From NCBI GenBank assembly GCA_047495785.1, contig JBLDXI010000020.1:1-64000 (forward strand): a DNA stretch of 64,000 nucleotides, in the 5' to 3' direction. Of this stretch, positions 1-11,078 are shown piece by piece (within the stretch, counting starts at the first letter, position 1; each line of letters opens with the position of its first letter). A program made the position numbers and the translations under genes. The notes under the pieces were generated by a model that had not been told where the DNA came from, searched no databases, and saw only the letters and a list, made by a program, of their open reading frames with translations. Origin of the DNA: Lepidodermella squamata (Eukaryota; Animalia; Gastrotricha).

Positions 1-17
1 ACACATCTCGTGAGAGT
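1..17 (+). other. Probable residual PacBio barcoded overhang adapter (bc1003-like)
   Basis: ACACATCTCGTGAGAGT matches, from memory, PacBio bc1003 plus T overhang. It is exactly the part of the window start not mirrored in the inverted repeat (mirror breaks at 17/8471). Confidence 0.75.
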
Positions 18-1594
18 TACTTGGACGCGGAACTGGCGAGGCTAAAAATGGCAGAACACAAGTCTTCTGTATTATTGCAAACGGCTGCCATGTCACTGTG
101 AAGTCCGCGCTGACACCAAGCCCTTCTTTGTCAGCGGCCCTGTAAGTCGTAGCCAGAGCGTCATCCAGCGCTGCCTTGACCGGAGGTGTCGCCGACTCGT
201 ATATCTCCTTGAGGCTCAGCCATTTCTCCGCTGCTCTGGCCAGGTTAACAGTTATCTTTAGCCTCAACTTCTCGCCCACCAGTTTCAGCGACAGGTCGAC
301 CGCCTCATTGGCCAGCGGTTCATAGTCTAATATGTCGTTGTCGCAAACGATCTTCGCGATGTCACGAACTGCCGGGTCAGACAGAGGAGATAGACTCAAA
401 ACTTTGGTCTTGTAACCGTCCATGTCCTTGAACACACGGAACGTTTGACGCCAAAAATCATTGAAAAGTTGCGTAGCGCGTTCAGTCGAGTCGCCGCCGG
501 TTCGGTTCGTCGGGTTGAAAGCCGATAGAAAAGCCGTGAAGCGATCGTTCGAACTCGAGGACCGCCCATCATCCGAGCGACGATCGCCGTTCTGACCATC
601 GAAACGCTTCCGATTGTACTTGCCGTTACCGTTGCCGAATCGATTGTTGTGGTTACCAGGCATCTAAGAAGATATTAAACAAATTCATTAGTGAGTTGAA
701 CTAACATCGCACGTACGGCACAAGCAAATTGTTAGGGTTAGTTTAGGGTTAAATACCAGACAGGAAGCCTAAGCAACCCCGGCAAAGAGGCTCTAATGCA
801 GTTCAACCCGAATGAATTTTTTTAAAAGTGAGCTTACCATGTTCGTTGTTTCTTCCGCGGGGATAACGGACGATAATACACAAAGATTTTAACAGAATCT
901 AAAATACAGAAACAATACAAATTGCTAGTTACAAGTTAAGGTTACCAGAACCTTAAATCATTTGTTTATAATAAATCGCCAATGTAGACACTAACCATAA
1001 GTGCCTAAGGGTGTGGCTCAAAAAGGATAGGGTGTGAACCTTAAGTGGTTAAGCCTATACAGGCTATTCCGTATTTAAATCTCTCAATGCTGAGATCGAG
1101 ACCGAATAGGATTTATGGTTCGTAACCATATCCAGTTATGTGGTTCAATCCGACCATAAGTATATGAACCTTAACTTAGGTCAAGCTTCAGTTCAGGGCT
1201 CTTGCTGAACCTTAAGTTATTTAGACTTAAGATACCTTAAGTCGACCCTAAGTTATTTAGGGTCAGGATACCTTAAGTCAACCTGAGCAGCCAAGGTGCC
1301 ACCACAGTTGCGGGAAGCGTGTTTCTAAATGCCACCCATTAGGGGGAAGCCAACCGATTATGCCACCCGTTGAAGGGAAGCCGCAAATGTGATGCCACCC
1401 GTTGAAGGGAAGCCGCAAATGTGATGCCACCCGTTGAAGGGAAGCCGAAAAGGTAACGCCACCCTTTTAAGGGAAGCCGACAACAAAACGCCACCCATTA
1501 GAGGGAAGCCAAGCCACCCGTGGAGGGAAGCACCCGATAATTAAGTTGAGGAGCGGTATTCAGTGAAATAACAGAATGTAATGCTAGATATAGT

Positions 1595-1663
1595 AAGCAA
1601 CGCCCATAGTGTCAGACCGGTTTCGCCTGTGGGCAGCAGGCTCATCAGTGACTCTAGTTGCTT
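1595..1663 (-). ncRNA. Mirror copy of HHR1
   Basis: Reverse complement of 6824-6892 in the left arm. Confidence 0.8.
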
Positions 1664-3685
1664 AAAACAAAATCCGCTCGAATGACGAAAATGTTCGAAA
1701 ATGAGGCTTTTTATACTGCGGTCCCTTCCGCCATTTTGAAAAAAATCGTGGCACGTGGGTTTTGGCGCGAAATTTTTTCTAGAAACTGATGTTATTTTCA
1801 TAACTCGGTGGTGGTGGTTAGTTTATTTCCAAGGGTTGACACGTTTTGGAATTTATTGGCCGCAGGTGATTTCAAGGTCGCTTAGCCGCAGGCGATAGAC
1901 TTAGAGTTAAGGTTTCTTACTTATGATTTCTTATGTTAGAAGTCGTTTGACCCTAAGTTCGGTATCCAGCAACATAGTCGATTTAAGGTTACTGTATATT
2001 ATTTAAGGTTCTGTTGAGTTTCGCTGCTCGTTTAAGTCCTCAAACCATATGTTAGATTTATGGTTAAGGTTACCCATTATCCTTCCTTTAATATAAGCCC
2101 ATCCCCATAAAGTGGACTTAAGGTTAGAGTCCCATAGTTAGAGCAAATGTGCATTTCCGCGTTAGGTTCTGTAGTAAAACCTTAAGTTTTTGACTTAGGG
2201 TTAAGGTTCGGGAATACCTTTGGACTTGTTGTGTTTCTGTTCTTTTTATGGTTTATGGTTAGAGTTAAGGTTCATGCCCCTGAAAAAGTCGTAAAATGCT
2301 CAACAACATGTTTTTTTATTTCAGAACACTCATCAGTTACACTCACATGACACAGACACAAATTGTCTCAAAAATCACGCTTCTTCATGATTTCGGCGCG
2401 AAGGCGAAGACGTTCTTCATCCAGCGCCTGAGCCTGGCCTAGCAGCTCTTTTCCGTGCTTCTTCAGGAAGTGGCCAAGTAAGCCGTCCGATCTGGTGCAA
2501 GTAAAGGCGCACGATCCAACTCGGCAGAAGATAATTGATTCTTTCTCGCCAGAGGCTGTAGGAGGTTGCTCAACACGCTCCCAGATGAGGTCGCCGTCGT
2601 AGTTGGCGCGGAGTTGATCCCAAGCGAGGCTTTCGGCTACCGCTCTAGCCGAGCCCCCAGCTAATCTTCGACTCGTAGTGGCGGGTCCTCGAGCAGGGGT
2701 GCTGCGGATAGTGACCGTGCTACTACTGCTCGATGACAATGAGCGTTCTGCGAAAAGGTAAAGTTAAGGTTACGGTATTCAATAAAGAGAGTTTCTTACC
2801 CTCTAACGACGGAAGTGGTCGTTTGCGATTCGCTCTGTTGACCGTAGGTGCGGAAGACGAAGCCATTGACCAGTTGAAGCGGGGTGCTGGTGACGAGGCT
2901 GCCGAGCTTGTAGCGCTGCTAAGTTCCAGTGGAGTCGAGGTTGCTCCTCCTCTCAGAGGCCGTCCGAACAAGTCGATATCCACGAAAAGTTCGCGATCGA
3001 GACGGACAACACACTCTCTGGTCGACAGTTTCGGATCTGGAGTCTCCAGGGTCGTATCTGGTTGCAGAGTTCTATCCAGGCGTGAGTGCGATTCGTCGGG
3101 TAGCTGATCGTCAGCCTCGACCTCGATCGCGTCTTCAGTAGTCGAAATCACTGGTGAGTCGGCGATTTCGATGACGCTATCATGGTCGCTTTCCGGTGCC
3201 GCGCTGCTGGTGACGACTACGGGTCCGTCGGTGCCCCGGGCCAGCTCTGGTTCCAAGTTGACTTGGGCACCATCGTCCTCAAGGAGGTCGAGGGCCTCCT
3301 GTAAAGTAGCCGAGTCTGCAGCAGAAAAGCTCCCAAGGCCACTAAAGGTTGACGCGCACACTTCGGGACCGTTGCTCGCCGATGGTTGTTCGAGCCTGCG
3401 ACCAATGGTAACGGGGGAGGGGCAGGGGGCTCTCCAAGCCGACTCAGGAGCCCAGCGGCCGGTGTCGTACGTGACGCCGAAGTTGAAGAATCTCCAACTC
3501 GGTGAAGTCGTGTCAGCTGGAAATGTTGTTATAGGGTTACGGATGCAAAGAAAGGATAAAAAAGGCAAGTAAATTTGCACCAACTGTTTTATTTCTCACA
3601 AATGTTAGTATCATGTTGGATCATCGTCAAATGTCATTGTTCAGGGCCATAGTTGCATTGAATGATGTCTTGTGTTGTTGTTTCT

Positions 3686-4196
3686 TTAGCTCTGACCTAG
3701 AAATTCAGATTTAGTGAAACGTTTACGATTATTTTTATTAAGACGAAGAGCCATTTTTCCTTTCCTTCGGATTAGGCTGTACGCGGGTTGAAGTGCTTTA
3801 GCATAGTGTAAAACGTGCATTGTCTCGTAATTTTTCTTTTTCTCCCGGTTGTTGTTGATAAAGGGCCACGTTTTTCCCTCCAATTTTGACAAGGTGCTTT
3901 TTGTAACTTTTGTGAGTAGTGTCCATGAGTACCCCCGTTTAACCAAGCTGTTGAAAAGGGAGAGCGTTGCATATGCCCAATCTGAGAAGGTTGAGGCAAT
4001 TCTGCTGAAGCGTAGAATTTGGGATTCAATGACACCACTGAAAATGTGTTCCGGATGTTCCGATCCGTAACTGAGCAAGGCGAGGTTATCAGTAGGTTTG
4101 AAGTAGACGCCCGTTTCTAGCCTACCCTGTTTTTTATAGATAATCATATCCAAGTATTGGCCACTAATCTGGGAAGAGGTCACTTCAAGTTTGATA
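3686..4196 (-). CDS. Mirror copy of the PLE RT C-terminus (lacks YLDD)
   Basis: Identical translation; lies in the left arm of the inverted repeat. Confidence 0.7.
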
Positions 4197-4802
4197 CTCG
4201 GTTGCCGTTACCTCGATGACCTCCTCACGATCTTTCTCAACAACCAAAGATCATCATCCTTTGAAGCGGATTACAAAAAACTGCACCCGAATATCAAACT
4301 TGAAGTGACCTCTTCCCAGATTAGTGGCCAATACTTGGATATGATTATCTATAAAAAACAGGGTAGGCTAGAAACGGGCGTCTACTTCAAACCTACTGAT
4401 AACCTCGCCTTGCTCAGTTACGGATCGGAACATCCGGAACACATTTTCAGTGGTGTCATTGAATCCCAAATTCTACGCTTCAGCAGAATTGCCTCAACCT
4501 TCTCAGATTGGGCATATGCAACGCTCTCCCTTTTCAACAGCTTGGTTAAACGGGGGTACTCATGGACACTACTCACAAAAGTTACAAAAAGCACCTTGTC
4601 AAAATTGGAGGGAAAAACGTGGCCCTTTATCAACAACAACCGGGAGAAAAAGAAAAATTACGAGACAATGCACGTTTTACACTATGCTAAAGCACTTCAA
4701 CCCGCGTACAGCCTAATCCGAAGGAAAGGAAAAATGGCTCTTCGTCTTAATAAAAATAATCGTAAACGTTTCACTAAATCTGAATTTCTAGGTCAGAGCT
4801 AA
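4191..4802 (+). CDS. Penelope-like reverse transcriptase, C-terminal part (5'-truncated), no GIY-YIG endonuclease
   Basis: RYLDD (motif C), QYLDMII (motif E), VYFKPTD and SYGSEHP..IFSGVIESQILRF thumb motifs typical of PLE RTs. The ORF stops after the thumb/linker. Confidence 0.88.
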   Translation: MILGCRYLDDLLTIFLNNQRSSSFEADYKKLHPNIKLEVTSSQISGQYLDMIIYKKQGRLETGVYFKPTDNLALLSYGSEHPEHIFSGVIESQILRFSRIASTFSDWAYATLSLFNSLVKRGYSWTLLTKVTKSTLSKLEGKTWPFINNNREKKKNYETMHVLHYAKALQPAYSLIRRKGKMALRLNKNNRKRFTKSEFLGQS

Positions 4803-4904
4803 AGAAACAACAACACAAGACATCATTCAATGCAACTATGGCCCTGAACAATGACATTTGACGATGATCCAACATGATACTAACATTTGTGAGAAATAAA
4901 ACAG

Positions 4905-6120
4905 TTGGTGCAAATTTACTTGCCTTTTTTATCCTTTCTTTGCATCCGTAACCCTATAACAACATTTCCAGCTGACACGACTTCACCGAGTTGGAGATTC
5001 TTCAACTTCGGCGTCACGTACGACACCGGCCGCTGGGCTCCTGAGTCGGCTTGGAGAGCCCCCTGCCCCTCCCCCGTTACCATTGGTCGCAGGCTCGAAC
5101 AACCATCGGCGAGCAACGGTCCCGAAGTGTGCGCGTCAACCTTTAGTGGCCTTGGGAGCTTTTCTGCTGCAGACTCGGCTACTTTACAGGAGGCCCTCGA
5201 CCTCCTTGAGGACGATGGTGCCCAAGTCAACTTGGAACCAGAGCTGGCCCGGGGCACCGACGGACCCGTAGTCGTCACCAGCAGCGCGGCACCGGAAAGC
5301 GACCATGATAGCGTCATCGAAATCGCCGACTCACCAGTGATTTCGGCTACTGAAGACGCGATCGAGGTCGAGGCTGACGATCAGCTACCCGACGAATCGC
5401 ACTCACGCCTGGATAGAACTCTGCAACCAGATACGACCCTGGAGACTCCAGATCCGAAACTGTCGACCAGAGAGTGTGTTGTCCGTCTCGATCGCGAACT
5501 TTTCGTGGATATCGACTTGTTCGGACGGCCTCTGAGAGGAGGAGCAACCTCGACTCCACTGGAACTTAGCAGCGCTACAAGCTCGGCAGCCTCGTCACCA
5601 GCACCCCGCTTCAACTGGTCAATGGCTTCGTCTTCCGCACCTACGGTCAACAGAGCGAATCGCAAACGACCACTTCCGTCGTTAGAGGGTAAGAAACTCT
5701 CTTTATTGAATACCGTAACCTTAACTTTACCTTTTCGCAGAACGCTCATTGTCATCGAGCAGTAGTAGCACGGTCACTATCCGCAGCACCCCTGCTCGAG
5801 GACCCGCCACTACGAGTCGAAGATTAGCTGGGGGCTCGGCTAGAGCGGTAGCCGAAAGCCTCGCTTGGGATCAACTCCGCGCCAACTACGACGGCGACCT
5901 CATCTGGGAGCGTGTTGAGCAACCTCCTACAGCCTCTGGCGAGAAAGAATCAATTATCTTCTGCCGAGTTGGATCGTGCGCCTTTACTTGCACCAGATCG
6001 GACGGCTTACTTGGCCACTTCCTGAAGAAGCACGGAAAAGAGCTGCTAGGCCAGGCTCAGGCGCTGGATGAAGAACGTCTTCGCCTTCGCGCCGAAATCA
6101 TGAAGAAGCGTGATTTTTGA
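4905..6120 (+). CDS. Accessory protein: acidic/Ser-rich region plus C-terminal C2H2-like zinc finger (spliced, intron 5689-5740)
   Basis: A phase-1 GTAAG...TTTTCGCAG intron joins ORFs 4905 and 5749 in frame; motif FCRVGSCAFTCTRSDGLLGHFLKKH. True start uncertain. Mirror copy at 2368-3583 (-). Confidence 0.6.
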
Positions 6121-6715
6121 GACAATTTGTGTCTGTGTCATGTGAGTGTAACTGATGAGTGTTCTGAAATAAAAAAACATGTTGTTGAGCATTTTACGAC
6201 TTTTTCAGGGGCATGAACCTTAACTCTAACCATAAACCATAAAAAGAACAGAAACACAACAAGTCCAAAGGTATTCCCGAACCTTAACCCTAAGTCAAAA
6301 ACTTAAGGTTTTACTACAGAACCTAACGCGGAAATGCACATTTGCTCTAACTATGGGACTCTAACCTTAAGTCCACTTTATGGGGATGGGCTTATATTAA
6401 AGGAAGGATAATGGGTAACCTTAACCATAAATCTAACATATGGTTTGAGGACTTAAACGAGCAGCGAAACTCAACAGAACCTTAAATAATATACAGTAAC
6501 CTTAAATCGACTATGTTGCTGGATACCGAACTTAGGGTCAAACGACTTCTAACATAAGAAATCATAAGTAAGAAACCTTAACTCTAAGTCTATCGCCTGC
6601 GGCTAAGCGACCTTGAAATCACCTGCGGCCAATAAATTCCAAAACGTGTCAACCCTTGGAAATAAACTAACCACCACCACCGAGTTATGAAAATAACATC
6701 AGTTTCTAGAAAAAA

Positions 6716-6807
6716 TTTCGCGCCAAAACCCACGTGCCACGATTTTTTTCAAATGGCGGAAGGGACCGCAGTATAAAAAGCCTCATTTTCGAACATTTTC
6801 GTCATTC
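6716..6807 (+). promoter_or_regulatory. Putative Pol II promoter: E2F site, E-box, TATA, Inr
   Basis: TTTCGCGCCAAA 6716-6727, CACGTG 6731-6736, TATAAAA 6772, TCATTC 6802. The E2F core and GTCATTCGAG recur in the paralogous region near 13559-13651. Confidence 0.5.
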
Positions 6808-6823
6808 GAGCGGATTTTGTTTT

Positions 6824-6892
6824 AAGCAACTAGAGTCACTGATGAGCCTGCTGCCCACAGGCGAAACCGGTCTGACACTATGGGCGTTGCTT
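6824..6892 (+). ncRNA. Type-I hammerhead ribozyme HHR1
   Basis: GUCA-CUGAUGA-GCCUG(CUGCCCA)CAGGC-GAAA-CCGG-UC-UGAC; distal stem AAGCAAC/GUUGCUU; predicted cleavage after C6872. Confidence 0.92.
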
Positions 6893-6955
6893 ACTATATC
6901 TAGCATTACATTCTGTTATTTCACTGAATACCGCTCCTCAACTTAATTATCGGGT

Positions 6956-7189
6956 GCTTCCCTCCACGGGTGGCTTGGCTTCCCTCTAATGGGTGGCGTT
7001 TTGTTGTCGGCTTCCCTTAAAAGGGTGGCGTTACCTTTTCGGCTTCCCTTCAACGGGTGGCATCACATTTGCGGCTTCCCTTCAACGGGTGGCATCACAT
7101 TTGCGGCTTCCCTTCAACGGGTGGCATAATCGGTTGGCTTCCCCCTAATGGGTGGCATTTAGAAACACGCTTCCCGCAACTGTGGTGGC
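6956..7189 (+). repeat. Array of 8 quasi-palindromic GCTTCCC-N5/6-GGGTGGC units with variable linkers
   Basis: Read directly; period about 31-32 nt; mirror at about 1299-1531. Confidence 0.9.
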
Positions 7190-7703
7190 ACCTTGGCTGC
7201 TCAGGTTGACTTAAGGTATCCTGACCCTAAATAACTTAGGGTCGACTTAAGGTATCTTAAGTCTAAATAACTTAAGGTTCAGCAAGAGCCCTGAACTGAA
7301 GCTTGACCTAAGTTAAGGTTCATATACTTATGGTCGGATTGAACCACATAACTGGATATGGTTACGAACCATAAATCCTATTCGGTCTCGATCTCAGCAT
7401 TGAGAGATTTAAATACGGAATAGCCTGTATAGGCTTAACCACTTAAGGTTCACACCCTATCCTTTTTGAGCCACACCCTTAGGCACTTATGGTTAGTGTC
7501 TACATTGGCGATTTATTATAAACAAATGATTTAAGGTTCTGGTAACCTTAACTTGTAACTAGCAATTTGTATTGTTTCTGTATTTTAGATTCTGTTAAAA
7601 TCTTTGTGTATTATCGTCCGTTATCCCCGCGGAAGAAACAACGAACATGGTAAGCTCACTTTTTAAAAAAATTCATTCGGGTTGAACTGCATTAGAGCCT
7701 CTT

Positions 7704-7757
7704 TGCCGGGGTTGCTTAGGCTTCCTGTCTGGTATTTAACCCTAAACTAACCCTAAC
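7704..7757 (+). other. Conserved 3'-terminal stem-loop (type A) plus short telomere-complementary seed
   Basis: TGCCGG-GGTTGCTTAGGCTTCC-TGT-CTGGTA followed by TAACCCTAAACTAACCCTAAC. Recurs at 12676-12728, 15889-15941 and, diverged, 17217-17292. Confidence 0.75.
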
Positions 7758-7824
7758 AATTTGCTTGTGCCGTACGTGCGATGTTAGTTCAACTCACTAA
7801 TGAATTTGTTTAATATCTTCTTAG

Positions 7825-8805
7825 ATGCCTGGTAACCACAACAATCGATTCGGCAACGGTAACGGCAAGTACAATCGGAAGCGTTTCGATGGTCAGAACG
7901 GCGATCGTCGCTCGGATGATGGGCGGTCCTCGAGTTCGAACGATCGCTTCACGGCTTTTCTATCGGCTTTCAACCCGACGAACCGAACCGGCGGCGACTC
8001 GACTGAACGCGCTACGCAACTTTTCAATGATTTTTGGCGTCAAACGTTCCGTGTGTTCAAGGACATGGACGGTTACAAGACCAAAGTTTTGAGTCTATCT
8101 CCTCTGTCTGACCCGGCAGTTCGTGACATCGCGAAGATCGTTTGCGACAACGACATATTAGACTATGAACCGCTGGCCAATGAGGCGGTCGACCTGTCGC
8201 TGAAACTGGTGGGCGAGAAGTTGAGGCTAAAGATAACTGTTAACCTGGCCAGAGCAGCGGAGAAATGGCTGAGCCTCAAGGAGATATACGAGTCGGCGAC
8301 ACCTCCGGTCAAGGCAGCGCTGGATGACGCTCTGGCTACGACTTACAGGGCCGCTGACAAAGAAGGGCTTGGTGTCAGCGCGGACTTCACAGTGACATGG
8401 CAGCCGTTTGCAATAATACAGAAGACTTGTGTTCTGCCATTTTTAGCCTCGCCAGTTCCGCGTCCAAGTACGGCTACGTCGACGCAGATGTTTTTGCGCT
8501 CGCCCACGACGTCATCACAAGTTGCGAAGGTCAAGACTGGCCGTTCCCACGCAATCGTGTCGACAACTTTCGCTACCAACAAGACTGGCGACCACCGGTC
8601 GAAACGAAGTTCGTTCGGCCACTACGGCCACTGTACGACATCGCACGCCGGCGACGCATTCGTCTCGTCACCCGACTCGGTCCAAGCGTTGTCAAGCAAC
8701 TCTGCCGAACGAAAGACTGCTAGCCGAACCAATCGACCAGTAGCCAGCGACGATGTCAAGAGTAGCAACAAAGCCACCGACCGTTTATTAATTATTCTTA
8801 ATTAA
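7825..8805 (+). CDS. Accessory ORF with N/R/G-rich N-terminus and helical core; probable upstream ATG micro-exon (7647-7649, intron 7650-7824)
   Basis: 326-aa ORF; ATG|GTAAG donor and TTCTTAG|ATG acceptor in phase 0. C-terminal frame is ambiguous (alternative ORF 8397-8723). Confidence 0.55.
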   Translation: MPGNHNNRFGNGNGKYNRKRFDGQNGDRRSDDGRSSSSNDRFTAFLSAFNPTNRTGGDSTERATQLFNDFWRQTFRVFKDMDGYKTKVLSLSPLSDPAVRDIAKIVCDNDILDYEPLANEAVDLSLKLVGEKLRLKITVNLARAAEKWLSLKEIYESATPPVKAALDDALATTYRAADKEGLGVSADFTVTWQPFAIIQKTCVLPFLASPVPRPSTATSTQMFLRSPTTSSQVAKVKTGRSHAIVSTTFATNKTGDHRSKRSSFGHYGHCTTSHAGDAFVSSPDSVQALSSNSAERKTASRTNRPVASDDVKSSNKATDRLLIILN

Positions 8806-9452
8806 TTCATTAGATTAATTACCACCATTACGCAGTATTATATGTTTCTCCACTAATGTTTTATAGCCTGTTCAACGCGGTATCGGCCAGTAACCCGCAG
8901 CGAGGTCTAATGTTCTGGACGTCAGCGAGTCATAGTCGCGCACGACCACGGCGGCCAAGCCATCCTGGTATCAACCAGTAACCCGCAGCGAGATCCAAAG
9001 TCGATAACGACCTTAGAATCGGCATATCCTGTTTTATGACTTTTATTGCTTTCAATACCTTGATGTCGCCGGCAATAACGCCTTGCGTCAGCTGTCAATC
9101 TTCTATTGGTCATCTTCATCATTGTAATTGTCGTCTCTCAACAGCACAGATGTCACGTTAGCTCGTCATCAAGGCCTCGCCAGCCTAGTAGCACACCTTG
9201 TTACCCATTTGGCTAGAATCACCGATTAACAAGTAGTGGCCACAACATCTGTGCGCTAATCCGATATAGTGCGCACACCTAGACGCACACCTGCCGTAGT
9301 TAACTTGAACTTAGTAACACGTGTGCGCGAAACAACACCTTGTAATCCTAATCCGCTGCGCCTAACATAGTCCGAGGCACACGCACCTGGTACGGTGTTA
9401 TCATAGCGCTGTCACAATAATGTCACTCGTTATAATTCTATCAGAAGTATGA

Positions 9453-9491
9453 TATTGGTACTGAAGAAATAGTGAAACCGGTCTACCAATA
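9453..9491 (+). ncRNA. Minimal type-I hammerhead ribozyme (helix II reduced to about 1 bp)
   Basis: UAUUGGUA-CUGAAGA-A(AUAG)U-GAAA-CCGG-UC-UACCAAUA; 8-bp stem I; palindromic ACCGGU stem III. Confidence 0.85.
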
Positions 9492-9500
9492 AATCTCGTT

Positions 9501-10583
9501 ATGTCTAACCGTAACCGTTTTGTTTCTAATAACAACGGGTTTACAGAAATTAACAACGACCGCCCGGGACGGGCCATCTTTGGCCGCTTCCGCTACGTCT
9601 ATTACAACTCGAGTCGTCACAATCCGCCCTATCAACAAGAACGGCGCGATCGTCATCAAAGCCGCTCGAAACAGACAGTCTCCGCAGCAGCGTCCAGTTC
9701 GAACACTCGATCTTACCGTTCGCACGAGGGTGCTACGCACGGCCGCTCCAGTCGCTCGCACGGGTCTGGTTCGAACGCTCAGTCAGACCGTCGGCACGCG
9801 GATGGTACGAAGCGACCGCAAGACTCAACGGACAACAGGCAGCTACCTTCTAAGGCAGCAGCAGAAGGGCAACGTCGAGCGAGGGAACATCGACAAGATC
9901 TCCTCGATCGCTTCCGCGAGAAACTCAACAATTTTATTCATCATTTCTTCATTTTAGCCAAGCTCGCCACAGCCAACTTCAGTGAAGACTACGCCAAACC
10001 TCAAAACGAGAGACCCACCACCGCTCACGAGAAGGCACTCCGGCCAGTGCTCGAGAAGTTTTTCCCGCGCGAGCATCGGTTCGAAGCTAGCACTCAGGGC
10101 ATCGTTGATTTGCTTTTTTACAATGTTGTTTCCGAGATACGTCATAAATCCATGACAGGACACGAGCAAGCTCTCGAAAGTGCGTTCACCGATGCACGCC
10201 AAGCAGCAAACTACTGCCATCCGTCGGACAGAGCGGCCCAAACGTCGCGGGTCTTCAACACTGTCGCGAGCAGCAACAGCGTGCTACGAGTCCTGCGCAA
10301 GTCGAGCAACATCTACTGGCCGGCGATCTACGAACAATTTCAATGCGCCTGCAACGAAATGAAACGCGCCATGCGCAGCCCTGACTTGCTCACCAACGTT
10401 ACGAAGGGCTGGCAGGCTTTTACTTATCACCTTGCGCAAAACAAAATACAGGCGGACCGCAGCTTACTAATTAACCCTAACCCTAACCCTAACCCTAACC
10501 CTAACCCTAACCCTAACCCTAACCCTAACCCTAACCCAACCCTAACCCTAACCCTAACCCTAACCCTAACCCTAATTTTCTGA
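9501..10583 (+). CDS. Accessory ORF (Arg/Ser/Gln-rich N-terminus, helical C-domain) reading into telomeric repeats
   Basis: 360-aa ORF, paralogous to ORF 11354 (MxxRNRxV...GxFRY; EKLxxFIxHF; GWQ...DRS). Ends in NPNPNP encoded by the telomere tract. Confidence 0.75.
   Translation: MSNRNRFVSNNNGFTEINNDRPGRAIFGRFRYVYYNSSRHNPPYQQERRDRHQSRSKQTVSAAASSSNTRSYRSHEGATHGRSSRSHGSGSNAQSDRRHADGTKRPQDSTDNRQLPSKAAAEGQRRAREHRQDLLDRFREKLNNFIHHFFILAKLATANFSEDYAKPQNERPTTAHEKALRPVLEKFFPREHRFEASTQGIVDLLFYNVVSEIRHKSMTGHEQALESAFTDARQAANYCHPSDRAAQTSRVFNTVASSNSVLRVLRKSSNIYWPAIYEQFQCACNEMKRAMRSPDLLTNVTKGWQAFTYHLAQNKIQADRSLLINPNPNPNPNPNPNPNPNPNPNPTLTLTLTLTLTLIF
10472..10575 (+). repeat. (TAACCC)n telomeric tract, about 17 units
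   Basis: Direct reading; one variant unit. Confidence 0.98.
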
Positions 10584-11078
10584 CACTGCGAAACATGTTC
10601 CTTATCACCAAAAAGAAATAAGAAAAAAGAAAAAATGATATTAATTTGTGTGCACCGACCGGGAGTCGATAGTGGATTTTCGTCATATTCAGGCTATAGA
10701 AAGCTCTAATCTTTGTAAAAAATAGCATGGCCTCCTAGGCTCATATCACAGGAAGTCCCGGAGGTGAAGATAATCACCCCGCTCCCTCCTGCCAAGCGTC
10801 AAGCCCTAAGGTCAAGTTGTTACGCTCAACCCGTCGGTTACCAAGACGGCTTATATTACGTCATGTCTATTGGTCTTATATATGTAAAATATCGCAAAGT
10901 TTATTATTTTCTTGCGCTCATCACGAATCTATTAATCTCTTGGTCTGACAAAAACTTTTGTTAAGCCGGTCAAGTCGCCGTCGAACAGCTGTAAAGGATT
11001 AAACTTTGTAACTATAGTTTGTGCTGTGCGACGCACAGCTGTTGTGCGCGCACCTAATTAACGCCGCGTTATAAGCGG

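Larger units (their letters stand above)
18..8470. repeat. ~4.18 kb near-perfect inverted repeat (arms 18-4196 and 4292-8470, 95-bp spacer)
   Basis: Mirror ORFs have coordinate sums of 8488 or 8487. Only isolated differences were seen (STTED vs SATED; a 1-nt homopolymer indel near 1735/6752). Confidence 0.97.

Noticed and set aside
18-4196. Minus-strand ORFs as independent genes
   Set aside because: They are mirror copies in a probable fold-back artefact.
6152-6190. CTGATGAG...GAAA hammerhead-like core after the zinc-finger ORF
   Set aside because: No convincing stem I, II or III pairing; the GAAATAAA more likely includes a polyadenylation signal.
6734-6946. Short ORFs over the hammerheads (also 1541-1801 and 13629-14073)
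   Set aside because: Their similarity is explained by RNA-motif and repeat conservation, and the frames are not preserved.
6956-7189. CRISPR-like repeat/spacer appearance
   Set aside because: Linkers are only 3-12 nt, some are identical, there are no cas genes and the context is eukaryotic.
10579-10605. GAAA-CATG-TT, possible 3' half of a truncated hammerhead
   Set aside because: No CUGANGA core and no testable stems.
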